NCBI GenBank assembly: GCA_951406725.2
Contig: OX597820.1
Location: forward strand, 57,226,001-57,290,000
Direction of reading: 5' to 3'
DNA from: Octopus vulgaris
Taxonomy: Eukaryota
DNA: 64,000 bases
In this document: piece after piece, positions 25,412-39,104 of the stretch
How the letters are laid out: every line of letters starts with the position of its first letter
How positions within the stretch are numbered: the stretch's first letter is position 1
Notes under the pieces: generated by a model
Told to the model about the DNA's origin: nothing
The model's database searches: none
The model's input: only the letters and a program-made list of their open reading frames with translations
Made by a program: the position numbers and the translations under genes

Positions 25412-26098
25412 TATTGACATTCCGCACTAAATTTGAAAGTGAAAAATGCTATGTTGCCGCCTCGCAAACAATATTAGAGTTGTTGTTGCTGTTGATGTTA
25501 TTTAGCCCTAGGTCTCTACAATGACCATCTCATTTTTCTTTCAAGCAAGCACAATCTATCTAGAATCACATTATCCAATGTAATCTTTCCTCGTTTTTCT
25601 CGTTTTTCTCTTTTTTTCAAAAAGCAGCAAGCGTGTTTTGAAGAGAATTCAGTGTCTATTTTCCTGCATACAAGTCAGGCTAAAATTTGCTATCAAAAAG
25701 TAAACGGTGGACCAACATATGCACCAGGGTAACCTTGGAGGACCAAAACCTCCATGTGAAATGCAGCAGGATTTGGAGAAATAGTGATGAAGTTTGAATG
25801 TTTAAACATGTTTATACTGTATATTAAACATGGAGGTGTGTGTGTGGTTTAGTGGTTAGGGTGCCTGACTCATGATTGTAAGATTGTGGTTTCAGTTCCT
25901 GAGCCAGGTGATGTGTTTTGTTCTTGAGCAAAATACTTCATTTCATGTTGCTCCAGTCCACTCAGCTAGCAAAAGCGAGTAATCCTGTGACAAACTAGCA
26001 TCCCATCCAGGTGCAGAATATGCAGGCCATGAAACTGGGAAACCAGTCCTTGTGAACTGGCATGGTTCGAGAAGGTAACTTTAGCTTTGCCTTTATAT

Positions 26099-26465
26099 CA
26101 GGGCCGTGGAGTTAGAATCGTGGAGTCGGTGTTGGAGTCATGGAGTTGGAGTCAAAATCAGAAATATTTAAGGGGTAGCTGGAGTCAGGGTTGGTAAAGC
26201 TATACCAACTCCAACTCACAATGTCTTTATTCTTTAATATAAACCAGTTATAACATATAGGCCTACTCAAAGTACAAGTGTATGCATATGCTTTATGACA
26301 TATGTAGACCACAATCACCTAATTGCATAAAGAGGATTTGGAGTCGGAGGTGCCAATAGTAGAGGAGTCAGAGTTACCAATAGTTGAGGAGTCAGAGTTG
26401 GAGGTGCCAATAGTAGAGGAATCAGAGCTGGAGTTGACGTTTTTTGTTTCAACTCCACAGCCCTG
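26099..26465. mobile_element. hAT-like MITE with GGAGTC subterminal repeats
   Basis: TIRs cagggccgtggagt / actccacagccctg; 8-bp TSD ctttatat/ttttatat. Confidence 0.8.
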
Positions 26466-27619
26466 TTTTATATACTTGTATGCTGGAAAATACGGTACTA
26501 TTTTTATGTGCTGGTGACACATAAAAGACACCAGTGCCAGTAGCATGTAAAAGGCACTCACTAGATTCTTGGAAGTGGTTGATGTTAGGAAGGGCATCCA
26601 GCTGTAGAAACCAAGCCAAAATCAGACTGGAACCAGAAACTGCTCTCTGACTTGCCAGTTCCAATCAGACTGTCTAACCCATGTCAGCATGGAAAGTGGA
26701 TGCTAAATAATAAGGATGACGATGATGATGATTTCTAGCATAGAGCTCAAATTCCACATAGAGTGGACAAACTTTGCCTTTCATCATTTCAGGGTCGATT
26801 GAATAAAGTACTTGCTGAGCGCAAGTGTTGCTGTAATTAACCAACACCTTCCTTCAAAAAACTGCTGGCCTTGTGCTAAAATTAGAATGTTATTATCATT
26901 AACAATGTGGCAAACTGGCAGAATTGTTAGCATGATGGATAAGAGGCTTAGCAGCTTTTTGTCCTTGTTTATGTTCCGAGTTCAAATTTCACCAAGGTTG
27001 ACTTTGCCTTTCCTCTTTTTGGGGAGTCAATAAAATAAGTACCAGTTGTGCACTGAGGTCGATGTAATCAACTAGTGGCCTCCCTCAAAATTGCAGGTCT
27101 TGTGCCTGTAGTAGAAAGGATAAGTATTATTATTTTCAAAACTATTTTATTATATCCATCCAACCCATGCCAGCATGTAAAAGCCCATGCTAGACAATGA
27201 TGATGATGGTAGAGGTGGTGGGGTTGGTGGTGGTGATGGAGGTGATGATGATGATGATGACAACAACGATGATGATGGTGGAAGTGATGGTGATAATGAT
27301 GATGATGATGCCTGTGCTGATTTGCATAGTTGCTTTACTTATCCCCTTTTGAAGAAGCATTGTTATTGCTGTAGTTGTCGTTGTTCCTATCATTTAACCC
27401 CAGATCAATCCCCACCACACACACACAAAGAGCTGAACCATTATAAGACGCCCTAGATTTGACCATTCAGTCGTATGCTATTTGGCTTTGCTTGCTGTTT
27501 CTATTTCGGTGGAATCTAGTTCCACATCACTACATTATCTAATGCATCCTTTCAAACATATTTAAGATAATAGGCTCAAATCCGAGGGGATGTTTGACTG
27601 CTATTTCTAAAGGATAGAA

Positions 27620-28015
27620 ATAGGCCCACTGCGTGGCTTCTTGGGCAAGTGTCTTCTACTATAGCCTTGGGCCAACCAAAGCCTTGTGAGTCGATTTGGT
27701 AGACGGAAACTGAAAGAAGCCCATCATATATATGTATGTTTATATATATATATATATGTTAGAAGAAATGAGGTACTTAGAAAATCGGATGGTTTATATT
27801 TACAGATATTTATTTGTATATTACATTTTTTATATATCATATAACTTAGATCATGTATTAGCGCTTTCTCCCATTCTAGTGGGGTTTTCAAATCAAATTA
27901 AGTTCCTGTGTGAGGAGTTTTAACCATTTTATAGTGGTATTGAGTTTGTAGTGGTGGGGAGGAATATAAGACAGTACAAGAGGGTGATGAATGAGGAGAA
28001 AGTGAGAGAGAGAAC

Positions 28016-28082
<67 letters not shown>

Positions 28083-28292
28083 TGTGCGTGTCTGTGTTTG
28101 TCCCCCCAACATCGCTTGACAACTGATGCTGGTGCGTTTACGTCCCGGTAACTTAGTGGTTCGGCAAAAGAGACCGATAGACTAAGTACTAGGCTTACAA
28201 AGAATAAGTCCTGGAGGTCGATTTGCTCAACTAAAGACGGTGCTCCAGCATGGCCGCAGTCAAAATGACTGAAACAAGTAAAAGAGTAAAAG
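27620..28292 (+). mobile_element. SINE family A interrupted at its internal (TA)n by a hammerhead-like element (~27755-28020, - strand)
   Basis: SINE body stops at (TA)n 27740 and resumes after (TA)n 28055; insert has at-TTGAAAA-cccc..ggga-GAAA-gcgc-TA-at on - strand at 27857-27895. Confidence 0.7.
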
Positions 28293-28711
28293 GGGATGTT
28301 ACAGTTCTTCCATCTGGTAATGAGTGGATATAATATAAAAGAAACATTGTCACATGACTTTTGTAGCCACCATGGTGGTGGTAGCTATTTGCGTGCTGTA
28401 GTAATCGTTGTCACTGCTGTTTCAATTTGCTTAAGTGCTTTCATCCTAATGCAGTTTGGTTTACATGTGTTCACTGTTCTCATGTATTGTGTCCATATTT
28501 ATCTCATGTGTTTATACTTGTTTGTGTGCTTATTACCTTTTTATTGTTTGTAAATATATGTGTGTATGTATGTGTGTATGTTTGTGTGTTTGTGCAGTTG
28601 CGCGTGTGTATTTAGAAGTATTCTTTTATGCAGGTGTGTCTCATATTTATTTATAAACAGGTATTAGAATACATATGAATATATTTTGCATGATTGCATG
28701 TGCATATATAT

Positions 28712-28762
<51 letters not shown>

Positions 28763-28899
28763 TAGATAGATAGATAGATATGCATATATATGTGTATACA
28801 GGCATGTGCAGCCATGTATCAGTATCATTTTATATATATATATACATACATCTACATCTACATACATACATCTACATACATACCATCTACATACATACC

Positions 28900-28926
<27 letters not shown>

Positions 28927-28932
<6 letters not shown>

Positions 28933-30187
28933 CATGACAAGTAAACAATTATAATTAATAAAATTTATTTAAATCTGAAATTATATATTCAAATTACTTA
29001 TTAATTGTTATAATGTGAATATTTAATATTTAGTAGACATGCTTTTTGCGTTTTTCATTGCAATGACCCTATTAAGCATATTACTGATCAGATGACGAAT
29101 ATTCTCTTGCGGAATTTCTTGCCAAGTTTCATGCAGTAATCTCAAAAGATCTAGCTTTGAAGATGCTTTCTTGTTCTTTTTATGAAGTGTCCTGTCCATT
29201 ATATCCCAGTGTCCTGTCCATTATATCCAGAGGTGTTCAATAGGGTTCATTTCTGGTGACTGGCTTGGCCATGGAAGCTTTTTAATGCTATTCTCATCCA
29301 ACAAATCTTGGGTAATTTTAGCTGTGTGACAAGGAGCTCCATCTTCCATAAATTAAGAGTCTTCTTAAATCATTTCACCACTGGAGAAAATTAGGAGTTC
29401 TTTCTGCAATATGGACACATTTATCTGAGTTTATGTTTGCCTCACACTCTACCAGCTCTGATCAACCATTGTTCCAAATTGCTCCCAGACCATCACAGAA
29501 TAGCTGCATGTTTCATTGTTAGCTGCAATCTTTTCACATCAAATTCTTGATCACAGAGTCTCCAGACCCACACTCGACCACTGTCAGAAAACACAACAAA
29601 TCTGGACTCATCAGAGAATATGACAGTGTCCCAGAATGCTAGTGGCCTCTCCACCATCTCACTGGCCCAATCTTTTCTCTGCTTGATGTTGGCTAGTCAA
29701 AGAAATGGCTTCCTTCTTCCTGCTCTGCCATAGTAACCAAGTTTGTGGAGATACCTGACAGCTGTTCTGGGACTGACATCAACTTGTTCTGTTATGTCAG
29801 AGGTCTTGCTATGGAGATTATCCTCCATACTTCTCTAAGCAAAGAGAAGGGTCCTGTCAGAGGGCCCTGGTTGATCTGGGTGAGGTGATGTAGACTCCTT
29901 CTCTTCTCTGGTGAATTGCACAATCACTCTATTTACTGTTGAAAGTGGGATCCCAAGGTTTTCTGTGATTTTACACTGACTAAGTCCACCTTCAGAATGA
30001 CCTGCAATACAGCCTATTAGAAATTCAGAGAGTTCCAAGGCTTCTTTTGTACATGGCATGATTAAACTGTCACGTATAGAACTTGAAACATAAAAATGTC
30101 AATTAATAAAAATATCAACCGTTACAAGTTAGAATAAACATAAAACGACGTTTTATAGGGTGTCTATTTACTTCTGTCATGTTTGTG
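28927..30187 (-). mobile_element. Tc1-family DD34E transposon, decayed
   Basis: Imperfect TIRs cacagacatgacaagtaaac / tatttacttctgtcatgtttgtg; - strand motifs VIFSDESRF, MEDGAPCH, WPSQSPEMNPIEHLW with 34 residues between D and E; HTH ORF 29835-30059. Confidence 0.9.
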
Positions 30188-30193
30188 TGTGTG

Positions 30194-30262
<69 letters not shown>

Positions 30263-30265
30263 ATG

Positions 30266-30349
<84 letters not shown>

Positions 30350-31247
30350 CATATGCATATACATACATACATACACACACACATATACATATACACATAT
30401 ATTTCTATATATCTATACATATGTTTGCATATCATCATCATCATCATCATCATCATTTAGCATCCATTGTCCATGCTGGTATGGGCTGGACAGTTTGACC
30501 AGAGCTGGCAAGTTGGACGGTTGCACCAGACTCCAATCTGATTTGGCCAATTTCTACAGCTAGATGCCCTTCCTAATGCCAACCACTCTGAGAGTGTAAG
30601 GGGTTCTTTTATGTGCCACTGGCACAATTACCATTTGCATGACAGCAGTATCTGCCACTGAGAGCGATTTTATTTGGCTTGATGGGTCTTCTTCTCAAGC
30701 ACAACATAATGCCAAAGGACTTGTTTGTTGTCTCCATGAGGCAAAGAATAAGTCCTGGGGTCAATTTGCTCGACTTAAGGCGGTGCTCCAGCATGGCCAC
30801 AGTCAAATGACTGAAACAAGTAAAAGAGTAAAAGAGTAAGAGTAAATATATGAATTTAGATGTACATAGCATAAATATGTTTATGTGTATTTATATGTAT
30901 ATTTTTTTTATCATTCCTATTTCAATTACTCCATGACATTTGAAATGTTTCAAGAAATTTCATCTCTTGATCCTCTGAATTTCAGAATTGACTCAGTGTA
31001 TATGTGTATGTTAGTATTTGAATATGTGTCAACCTATTTTGTATTTGCATGTGTGTGTGTGTGTGTGTATATATTATACATATAAAGAAATACATGTATG
31101 TGTGTGTGTGTATACATACACATATATACATGTATACATATATATATAAAGGTACATATATATACATATATATACATACATATATACACATAGATATATG
31201 CATACACACATATATATATATACATACACACACACATATATATACAT

Positions 31248-31278
<31 letters not shown>

Positions 31279-31305
31279 CATACACACCCACATATATGCA
31301 TATAC

Positions 31306-31336
<31 letters not shown>

Positions 31337-31493
31337 CACACACATACATATATATATATTAATATATGATTATAGTAACCAAAGACCTGCAATAAGGGGA
31401 AAAAATGATTAGTGCACCTGCAAAATGATTGATTCTTTGAAAGAAATATTCAATTTTATTGAAATCAAATCATCTATTGTATTCAGAATATAA

Positions 31494-31565
<72 letters not shown>

Positions 31566-31946
31566 AAAAAAATACATCTGTTTATTCATAATCAAAATTT
31601 AATAATCAATGCTTGTAGCATGATTATCGTGTATTTTTTTATTAATACCTTTTTAATTACACAATCAGCAACCAATTTTCAATAATACAGTCTCTAATGT
31701 TTACCATTCTTTCCAATATGATGTGACACAGTTATGGATTCTTAATTTTTTTCCATTCTTTTTCTTTCTAGTTACAATTTAATGATCTGTTGTATACATT
31801 TAATAAGATTTGAGCCTTTTGTTTCCGATTGTGTTTTTTCGTTTTTTGATTTTGGTAATTGATTGTTTTGGAAGATGGCGCTGTGCTTTTAGCCTTTGCA
31901 AAGTTGCCATGTCTTGTGCTATTAGAATGTTTGATGTTCTTCTTAG

Positions 31947-32000
31947 ACAGCTCCGTGGTGGTAGCTGCAAGAGAAATAAACAAATACAGATGTGCAGGGG
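31947..32000 (+). other. Candidate 54-nt micro-exon
   Basis: gttcttcttag acceptor (alternative cag 4 nt downstream), G|gtaaat donor; open frame (D)SSVVVAAREINKYRCAG. Confidence 0.2.
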
Positions 32001-33447
32001 GTAAATTTTTGCCATGCAAGTTGATGGCTGTCATCTATAGGATATGGCACAAACCATCGTTATTTAATGCCTATGTTCCAAACTGGCAGAGGTTTGATGA
32101 TAATACAGGATCTCAAAGGCCCAAGAAATGCATTGGATTCCAGTGATAGCTTTGGTATAGATTTTCCAATAAGATGCCCTTCCTGACACCAACCACTTTA
32201 CAGTGTGTACTGGGTGTTTTTTTCATGCTACAAACACTAGTGAGGTCACCATGCAGCAGCAAGACTATGAACCTTGAGTGGGAAGGGGGAACTTTATGCT
32301 AGGAGAATAAGGAATAGAGAGGGGCAAAGTATGAGAAAAAAGGGCCGAACAAAGCAAGTTTTTTGCTGAAAAAGAGCTACATGACTACTCATACTCTAGA
32401 AGTGAAGAAATGTGAATTCTTATGACTCAGATATTGTTCAAACGGAGTCACATGAGACAATGTAGTCCAAGATACTCTTAAGATTAATTACAGCTGAAAC
32501 AACTTTTGTTGTTGGTTTTCCAGGTAGATGCAAAGCTGGGACTAAATAATTCTTGTGACTGAAATGTATTTCACTTCTGTTGTAAGTTGATAGCTGCAGG
32601 AAAAAAATACATGGTAGGAATAGAATTTCTGGGGGGGATAATGTTCTGGGGTGGGGTGAGAGAAGGGAAGATCTTAGAAAATGGTTAAAGTAGACTTAGG
32701 AAGTGATACAATATGAAAATGACAGGTAGAGTGTCCCTTGAATGGCTATTGCTTGAAGTATAACATAATATATAAATACTGAACATAATAGACAACAGAA
32801 TGTGTGTGTGTGTGTTTGTTTGAATAAGATTTAGGTAAAATCCTTCTAGAATGCTATGCAAACCTGTCCATAGTTATTGGCTACCTGATGTCATCATGTC
32901 ATCATACAGTGGAAATGTTCCTGCTGCTGCATATACATCTGGAATTCCATAGAATCCAAAGAATTTCTATAGACTACTAACTTTTTTTTTCTAATTCTTT
33001 CAAAAAAGCATATAAAAACTAGACTGTAATAAATAAGTAGAGGCTGATTGGATGTAGAATGGGGTCAGTTGTTTTGTCCCAAGTAACAGATGATAATTTA
33101 GGTCCTTCACAGAAATAGTCAATGAGTATTGAAATGGTCAGTCTTCAACACTTTATCACTTTATTATCTCTAAAGGCTTAATTTTATTCTTTATTCTGAT
33201 TAGCACTTTCTTATAATCAAACCATGAAGATAAAATTGTAATTTATAATCAACTTGCCCCACCCTTTTTTTTTGCCTATTCCTTTATTTCTGTATATTGT
33301 GTTTTGATTTTAATTGTATTTTACCTGTCATTATATCTTATGGGTTTAGTTTTGTCTGTAAACTTCTGACAAAGACACATCACTTTGAGTATGCATTCTC
33401 ACACAGATTGAAAGGACGGTAGGATTTAATGAAGGTCTTATTCAAAC

Positions 33448-33556
33448 AACCACCTGAAGAGGTGCATTTTACACCTTGGATAGATGATAAAGATTACATA
33501 ACATCTCACAAATGTACTACATGTGTAAGAAAGTGTTGAAACAATTGTAGTGTTTT
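33448..33556 (+). ncRNA. Type I hammerhead-like motif with long stem II insertion
   Basis: cac-CTGAAGA (33454) ... GAAA-caattg-TA-gtg (33538-33552); palindromic stem III; aataaa and TA/TG repeats downstream. Confidence 0.55.
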
Positions 33557-34609
33557 AAATAAAGAATGTTGTTCATTCCATTTCCTTTCATTTATCTATT
33601 TATCTATTTCTTTCTCCCTCTGCGTGTATATATATATGTGTGTGTGTATATATATATGTATACATGTATGTGTGTGTGTGTGTATACACATACAAATACA
33701 CACACACGTTTGCACACACATACATATATATAAGAACATATATATATATACACATATATATATATATATATGTGTGTGTGTGTATATATATATATGTTCA
33801 TATATATATGTATGTATGTGTGTGCAAACATGTGTGTGTGTATTTGTATGTGTATACACACATACACACACACAGCTTAAGGGATTTTTCTAGTCGATTG
33901 CTTTATGGACAACATCCAAAAGATTAAATCCAATATTAGAAATTAGCTTTTCAAAATAGTATGTGAAATCCTTCCAACAAAACTAATGTGCTTACATTCG
34001 ATAATCCCCATGAAAATGGTGATGTGACAAGTGATGATATAATCTGCATATATAATAGACTCATAATGTCAGTCCTAAGCATTAAAAATGGCACAGAGTG
34101 TAGAAGATAGAGTGCAAGTGACTTACACTAATGTTACTGTCTGTGACGTTAGTCTGTGGAGAATACGAGGAAGTTAATCTGTAGGTTTGTATCAAAAAAT
34201 CATAAAAAGCTGATAAATGGAATAGTTTACTCAATAGTCCATCGATAAATCCATGACTGGTGAATAGCCACAAGACTTCCCAAAGTTGGAAAAGGAAAGT
34301 TGTCCGTCTAATATAGACCAAATAATAATAAAGCAATGAAAACTCAATGAAAAGTAATGAAAAATATGAAACTTAAAAGGTGTGGTTATTAACACGGAAA
34401 AAATTCAGCTTTACCACAAGTTTAAACATTGCACTGTAGCTGTAACCTCTCAATGCAGAGATGTAACAGTTCAACTCGGAGACTCTCTGAGCCATGCACC
34501 TTGTTGAGTAGCCTTACTTCAAAGATCTTTTGAAGGATCTCTATTTTGGCTGTTTGTATTCATGATTGTACTCTTTAGCATTCAGATTACTCTGTCACAT
34601 GCAATAATC

Positions 34610-35022
34610 GGATGTTTTTGGTTTGAATGGCAGTTTTTTCTAGTGGTGTCATATGAAATTGTCACCCATAATTGTGACCCTAGTATCGATCTATTGCATT
34701 TCAATCTGTTTTAGGGTTAGGGGTGGGGGAAGGGTATCTTTTTTTCTTCAGAAATGTAAATAAACCCAGTCTGTTTCTTAAACGAGGAACATATTCATAC
34801 GGCACAGAATGTTTTTTTACCTCAGTAGACGTCAGTGATTGGTTGAAATTGCAGAAATTGAAGAAAAAAAAACAACAAATATCTTACAAACTATAGAAAT
34901 TTCTCAATAAAGCCAAGAGAAAAAAATGTTTTATAAATACATTCTACCAGTATACGAAGTTTAAAAGTGTTTAGTTATGTGGAAATTATTTTAAAAAACT
35001 GCTGTTCAAACCGAAAAGATCC
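34610..35022. mobile_element. TIR element with internal TTAGGG repeats (copy 1), Merlin-like termini
   Basis: TIRs ggatgtttttggtttgaatggcagttttt / aaaaactgctgttcaaaccgaaaagatcc; colinear with 61210-61649. Confidence 0.85.
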
Positions 35023-36383
35023 GTAATAATAATTTATTCTCATTCTTTTGAATTAATCTTGCATTATCTCTTAACTTTGAGAGTTCATTGATGTGATTGT
35101 TTATATATGGATTCATGATCATAGATAAGAATAGGCATGGAAACTGAACCGAAGGCAGTAGGCTTGGTGAATTTTTGCCAATCTCCTCTCCACTGAGGAT
35201 CGAAATCTGGAGCTTGCACATGACTGTGCCAATATCTGCCGTGCTAGCATCTAATTCAGCCTCCTCCTTTCCATCACTTGTGTAAAGATATTTTTTGTAA
35301 GGGGCTTCTTTTTTGATCTCTCTTCCATATATTAAACTCACACTTTTTTCCAACAAAAACCAGTTTTTCTCCTCATTTCATTTTCTTAATTTTGAATTCA
35401 TATTCTTCTATACATGGTGCTTAATGAAATATCTAATGTTCTTTCTTTCATCTCATAATTGGTGGCCTCTGAAGCCATGACTTCAACTATGAAGTCATAG
35501 CTTCATGAGCCATCAATTAAAGAATATCTTATGTCAAGGAAGATTAAAATGTTTACATCCTTTAATGGGAACCACAAAACCTTAAAATAGATACAGACCT
35601 TGTACTGTGCAATTACATTTTTGAACAGAATTTATTAAAAAGTAATGCTTTAATAAAAAGAAAACACCTACATATATACAAAAGTAATAAATCCAAATTG
35701 ATGTAAAGGAGTATTATTGAGGTGAGGTAAAAGACAGCTGTGAAAGCAAAGAACAAGAAGTAAAAACAAATGGTTTTTCATTTATTAATTAGAAAGAAAG
35801 AAAAATAAAAGTATATGAATTATAGCATGAAACACCAATATTGTGCAAAATATTTTTCAGTGCTTTCATTTTCTTAATTAGATACATTTTATTATCTAAT
35901 ACATCTTTATTATATAAGGATTTTTGACCTTTGCATACCTATGACCTTTGCAGACCTTGGCAAACAAGTTGGGTCAATGAGGTTACTGTTCAGCATGAAC
36001 TTTTGTTTGGCTGATATCTGTGTGGAAAACACAAGCAGGGAGAGAGAGAGAATTCAGGAAGTTTGCATCTCTGTAGCAAAACAAAAAAAAAAAAAATTAT
36101 ACATTTAAAGGATTTTTAATAAATTTTCAATGGTGGTGAGATACATTTGAAGACAAATAGAAAAAGAGGAACAGGGCATGGATTAGTATCGAATGTGTAT
36201 TCATTAATGCAATGCGAAATGTTTATGTGCAACACTGTATCAAATATGTGGGCAATGCACTAATGTATTTTGGCACAACTGTTTCGCAGAGGGTCAGTAG
36301 CTAACTAAGGTTGAAGAATGGTATTTGCTCAAGATGTTGTGAAGTGGAATTGAACCCAAGATCACTTCATAACCATTTATATA

Positions 36384-37063
36384 TAAAGTATAAAAGCCAT
36401 CTTAATATGGCTAACCACAAAGGGGAGGGGGTGTTACTGTAGCCCCAGGAGATCATTGTCTCCAGCTGGCTTTAGACACACTTTCTGTGCCCTTTAGGTA
36501 TTTGCAAAGGGAGGCCATCCCTTTCTCGTAAGCCTGAGTGATACGCACCGGACCGGTTTCGAGATTATTGTCTCTTATCAACGGGCAGTAATCACCAGAT
36601 CACGATGAAGGTAACACTCCCTCCCCTTTGTGGTTAGCCATATTGAGATGGCTTTTATACTTTACATTGTCGAGCGATTACTGTTTACATCTCGTTCTGA
36701 GATTTAATAATGCTTACAGTCAGTTTTTCGAAATCAGAGGCAGACATCACTAGAAAAACTCTTATATATTTGCAAACAGGCTTTGTCTTTCATCATGATC
36801 TGGTGATTACCACCCGTTGATAAGAGACGATAATCTTGAAACCGGTCTGGTGCGTATCACTCAGGCTTACGAGAAAGGGATGGCCTCCCTTTGCAAATAC
36901 CTAAAGAGCACAGAAAGTGTGTCTAAAGCCAGCTGGAGACGATGATCTCCTGGGGCTACAGTATCACCCCCTCCCCCTTTGTGGTTAGCCATATTGAGAT
37001 GGCTTTTATACTTTACATTATCGAGCGATTACTGTTTACATCTCGTTCTGAGATTTAATAATG
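36384..37063 (+). mobile_element. Penelope-like pLTR arrangement (inverted + partial direct + full repeat), no ORF
   Basis: 36384-36609 is the reverse complement of 36789-37015; 36611-36712 repeats 36961-37063; hammerhead-like motif at 36811-36852; flanked by TA repeats. Confidence 0.8.
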
Positions 37064-37102
<39 letters not shown>

Positions 37103-37119
37103 AAAATCAAAATTAAATT

Positions 37120-37644
37120 CGATGACTGGCGTCTGTGCTAGCAGGGTGCAAAGAGCACCATACGAGTGTGATCATTGACAGAGCAGCTTACCGGCTTCTG
37201 TGCCAGTGGCACTTAAAAGGCACCATTCGAGCGTGATCATTATCAGCGTCGCCTTACTGGTACTCGAGCCCCATGCTTAGGGTATTAAGAGCACCATCCA
37301 AGCATGATCGTTGCCAGAGCGGCTATCTGGCCTCCATGCCGGTGGCACGTAAAAGACACCATTCGAGCGTGATCGTTACCAGCATTGCCTTACTGGCACC
37401 CGTGCCGGTGGCATGTGTAAAAGATTTGAGTGAGGTCGTTGCCAGTGCCGCATGACTGGCCCTGTGTCGGTGGCATGTAAAAGCACCCACTACCCTCTCG
37501 GAGTAGTTGGCATTAGGAAGGGCATCCAGCTGTAGAAACTCTGCCAGATCAAGATTGAAGCTTGGTGCAGCCATCTGGTTCGCCAGCCCTCAGTCATATG
37601 TCCAACCCGTGCTAGCATAGAAAGCGGACGTTAAACGATGATGA

Positions 37645-37648
<4 letters not shown>
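37120..37648 (+). mobile_element. Family C element with internal tandem subrepeats
   Basis: caccattcgagcgtgatc-like unit about 4 times, then gttggcattaggaagggcatccagctg and (GAT)n tail. Confidence 0.8.
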
Positions 37649-37683
<35 letters not shown>

Positions 37684-37971
37684 TAGGTATATGTATATAT
37701 GTATTCTTTTATTCTTTTACTTTTATAAAAGCATGGGTTGGTGTGCATATATATGTGCTCCTCATTTTATGTGTGAAACATTCTTTTGTAGAATAGAAAT
37801 ATTTTGGTATAGAACCCATTGTATGAATAGGCGCCTATGTGCATGTGTTTGAGACAACATGTGTAGAGATATATAAATGCACAGTCCTGCATGTGCCTTT
37901 TAAATCTGTTTAAGGGTCACAGGTCTTTCAACAAACTCATCTGTGTCTATGTATCTCTGTGTATAAATTTA

Positions 37972-38350
37972 CATGGCTGTGTGGTAAGTAGCTTGCTTAC
38001 CAACCACATGGTTCCGGATTCAGTCCACTGCATGGCACCTTGGTCTTCTGCCATAGCCTTGGGCCAACCAAAGCCTGGTGAGTGGATTTGGCAGACAGAA
38101 ACTGAAAGAAGCCTGTTGTATATGTGTGTGTGTGTGTGTGCGTTTGTGTGTTTGTATTTGTGTCCCCTCCATCGCTTGGCAACCAATGCTGATATGTTTA
38201 CATCCTCATAACTTAGCAATTCAACAAAAGAGACTGATAGAATAATTACTAGGCTTACAAAGAATAGTTCAAGGGTCGATTTGTTTGACTAATGGTGGCG
38301 CTCCAGCATGGCCACAGTCAAATGACTGAAACAATAATGTAAAAGAGTAA
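37972..38350 (+). mobile_element. SINE family A
   Basis: Colinear with 8398-8795. Confidence 0.85.
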
Positions 38351-38449
38351 GAATAATTTGTAAGTACATGTGTGTCTCTGTGTGTGACTATATGTGTTTA
38401 TATGTGTGTATGTGTCCTGAAGAAATTCAAAGAATGGTGCACTCTTTTC

Positions 38450-39104
38450 ATTATTACCTCCGCTTTTGTTTGCTTGTCTGTGGACAAGATATCCCAAGAG
38501 CCAGTGAATTGATCTGGATGAAATTTTCAGGGATATTTTGGCCTCATGACTGGCACAAAATGATTAGATTTTGAGATTGACAGGGTACCAGACAGGGATT
38601 CTGTATTATTTTTCCAGTTTTTTTTTTACTTAATTTTTGAGAGCGGTTAGGTTCACTTTTAGTATTCTTGTTTGTGAGAGCAATCGAGTTTCATCATCAT
38701 CATCATCGTTTAACGTCCGTTTTCCGTGCTAGCACGGGTTGGACGGTTCAACCGGGGTCTGGGAAGCCGGGGGCTGCACCAGGCTCCAGTCTGATCTGGC
38801 AGTGTTTCTACAGCTGGATGCCCTTCCTAACGCCAACCACTTCACGAGTGTAGTGGGTGCTTTTTACGTGCCACCTGCACAGGTGCCAGGGGAGTCTGGC
38901 ATCGGCCACAATCGATTGGTGCTTTTAACGTGCCACCAGCATGGAAGCCAGTCGAGGCAGCGCTGGCATCGGCCAGGCAGCGCTGGCATTGGCCAAGGCG
39001 GCGCTGGCCAGATATTTTCATTTTAAAAATCATCTCTGGCTAATCACTGAGAGGACATTGGTGTTGCCTTGGCAGAGGTTTGCGCGCTCTGATTGCTTTT
39101 GTTT
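38450..39104 (+). mobile_element. Helentron/DINE-1-like non-autonomous element, interrupted by a family C copy (38691-39010, -)
   Basis: 5' ttattacctccgc, GTTT/GTCT microsatellite-like tract, 3' subterminal inverted ggcagaggt followed by a short hairpin gcgcgctctgattgc and T-rich end. Confidence 0.65.

Noticed and set aside
35006-35420. 116-aa - strand ORF, possible hAT transposase C-terminal remnant
   Set aside because: ORF runs into MITE sequence; similarity limited to a short NSKLR...LVFV-like stretch
37130-37400. Regularly spaced short repeats resembling a CRISPR array
   Set aside because: Eukaryotic context, spacers related to each other, internal subrepeats of a retroelement, no cas genes
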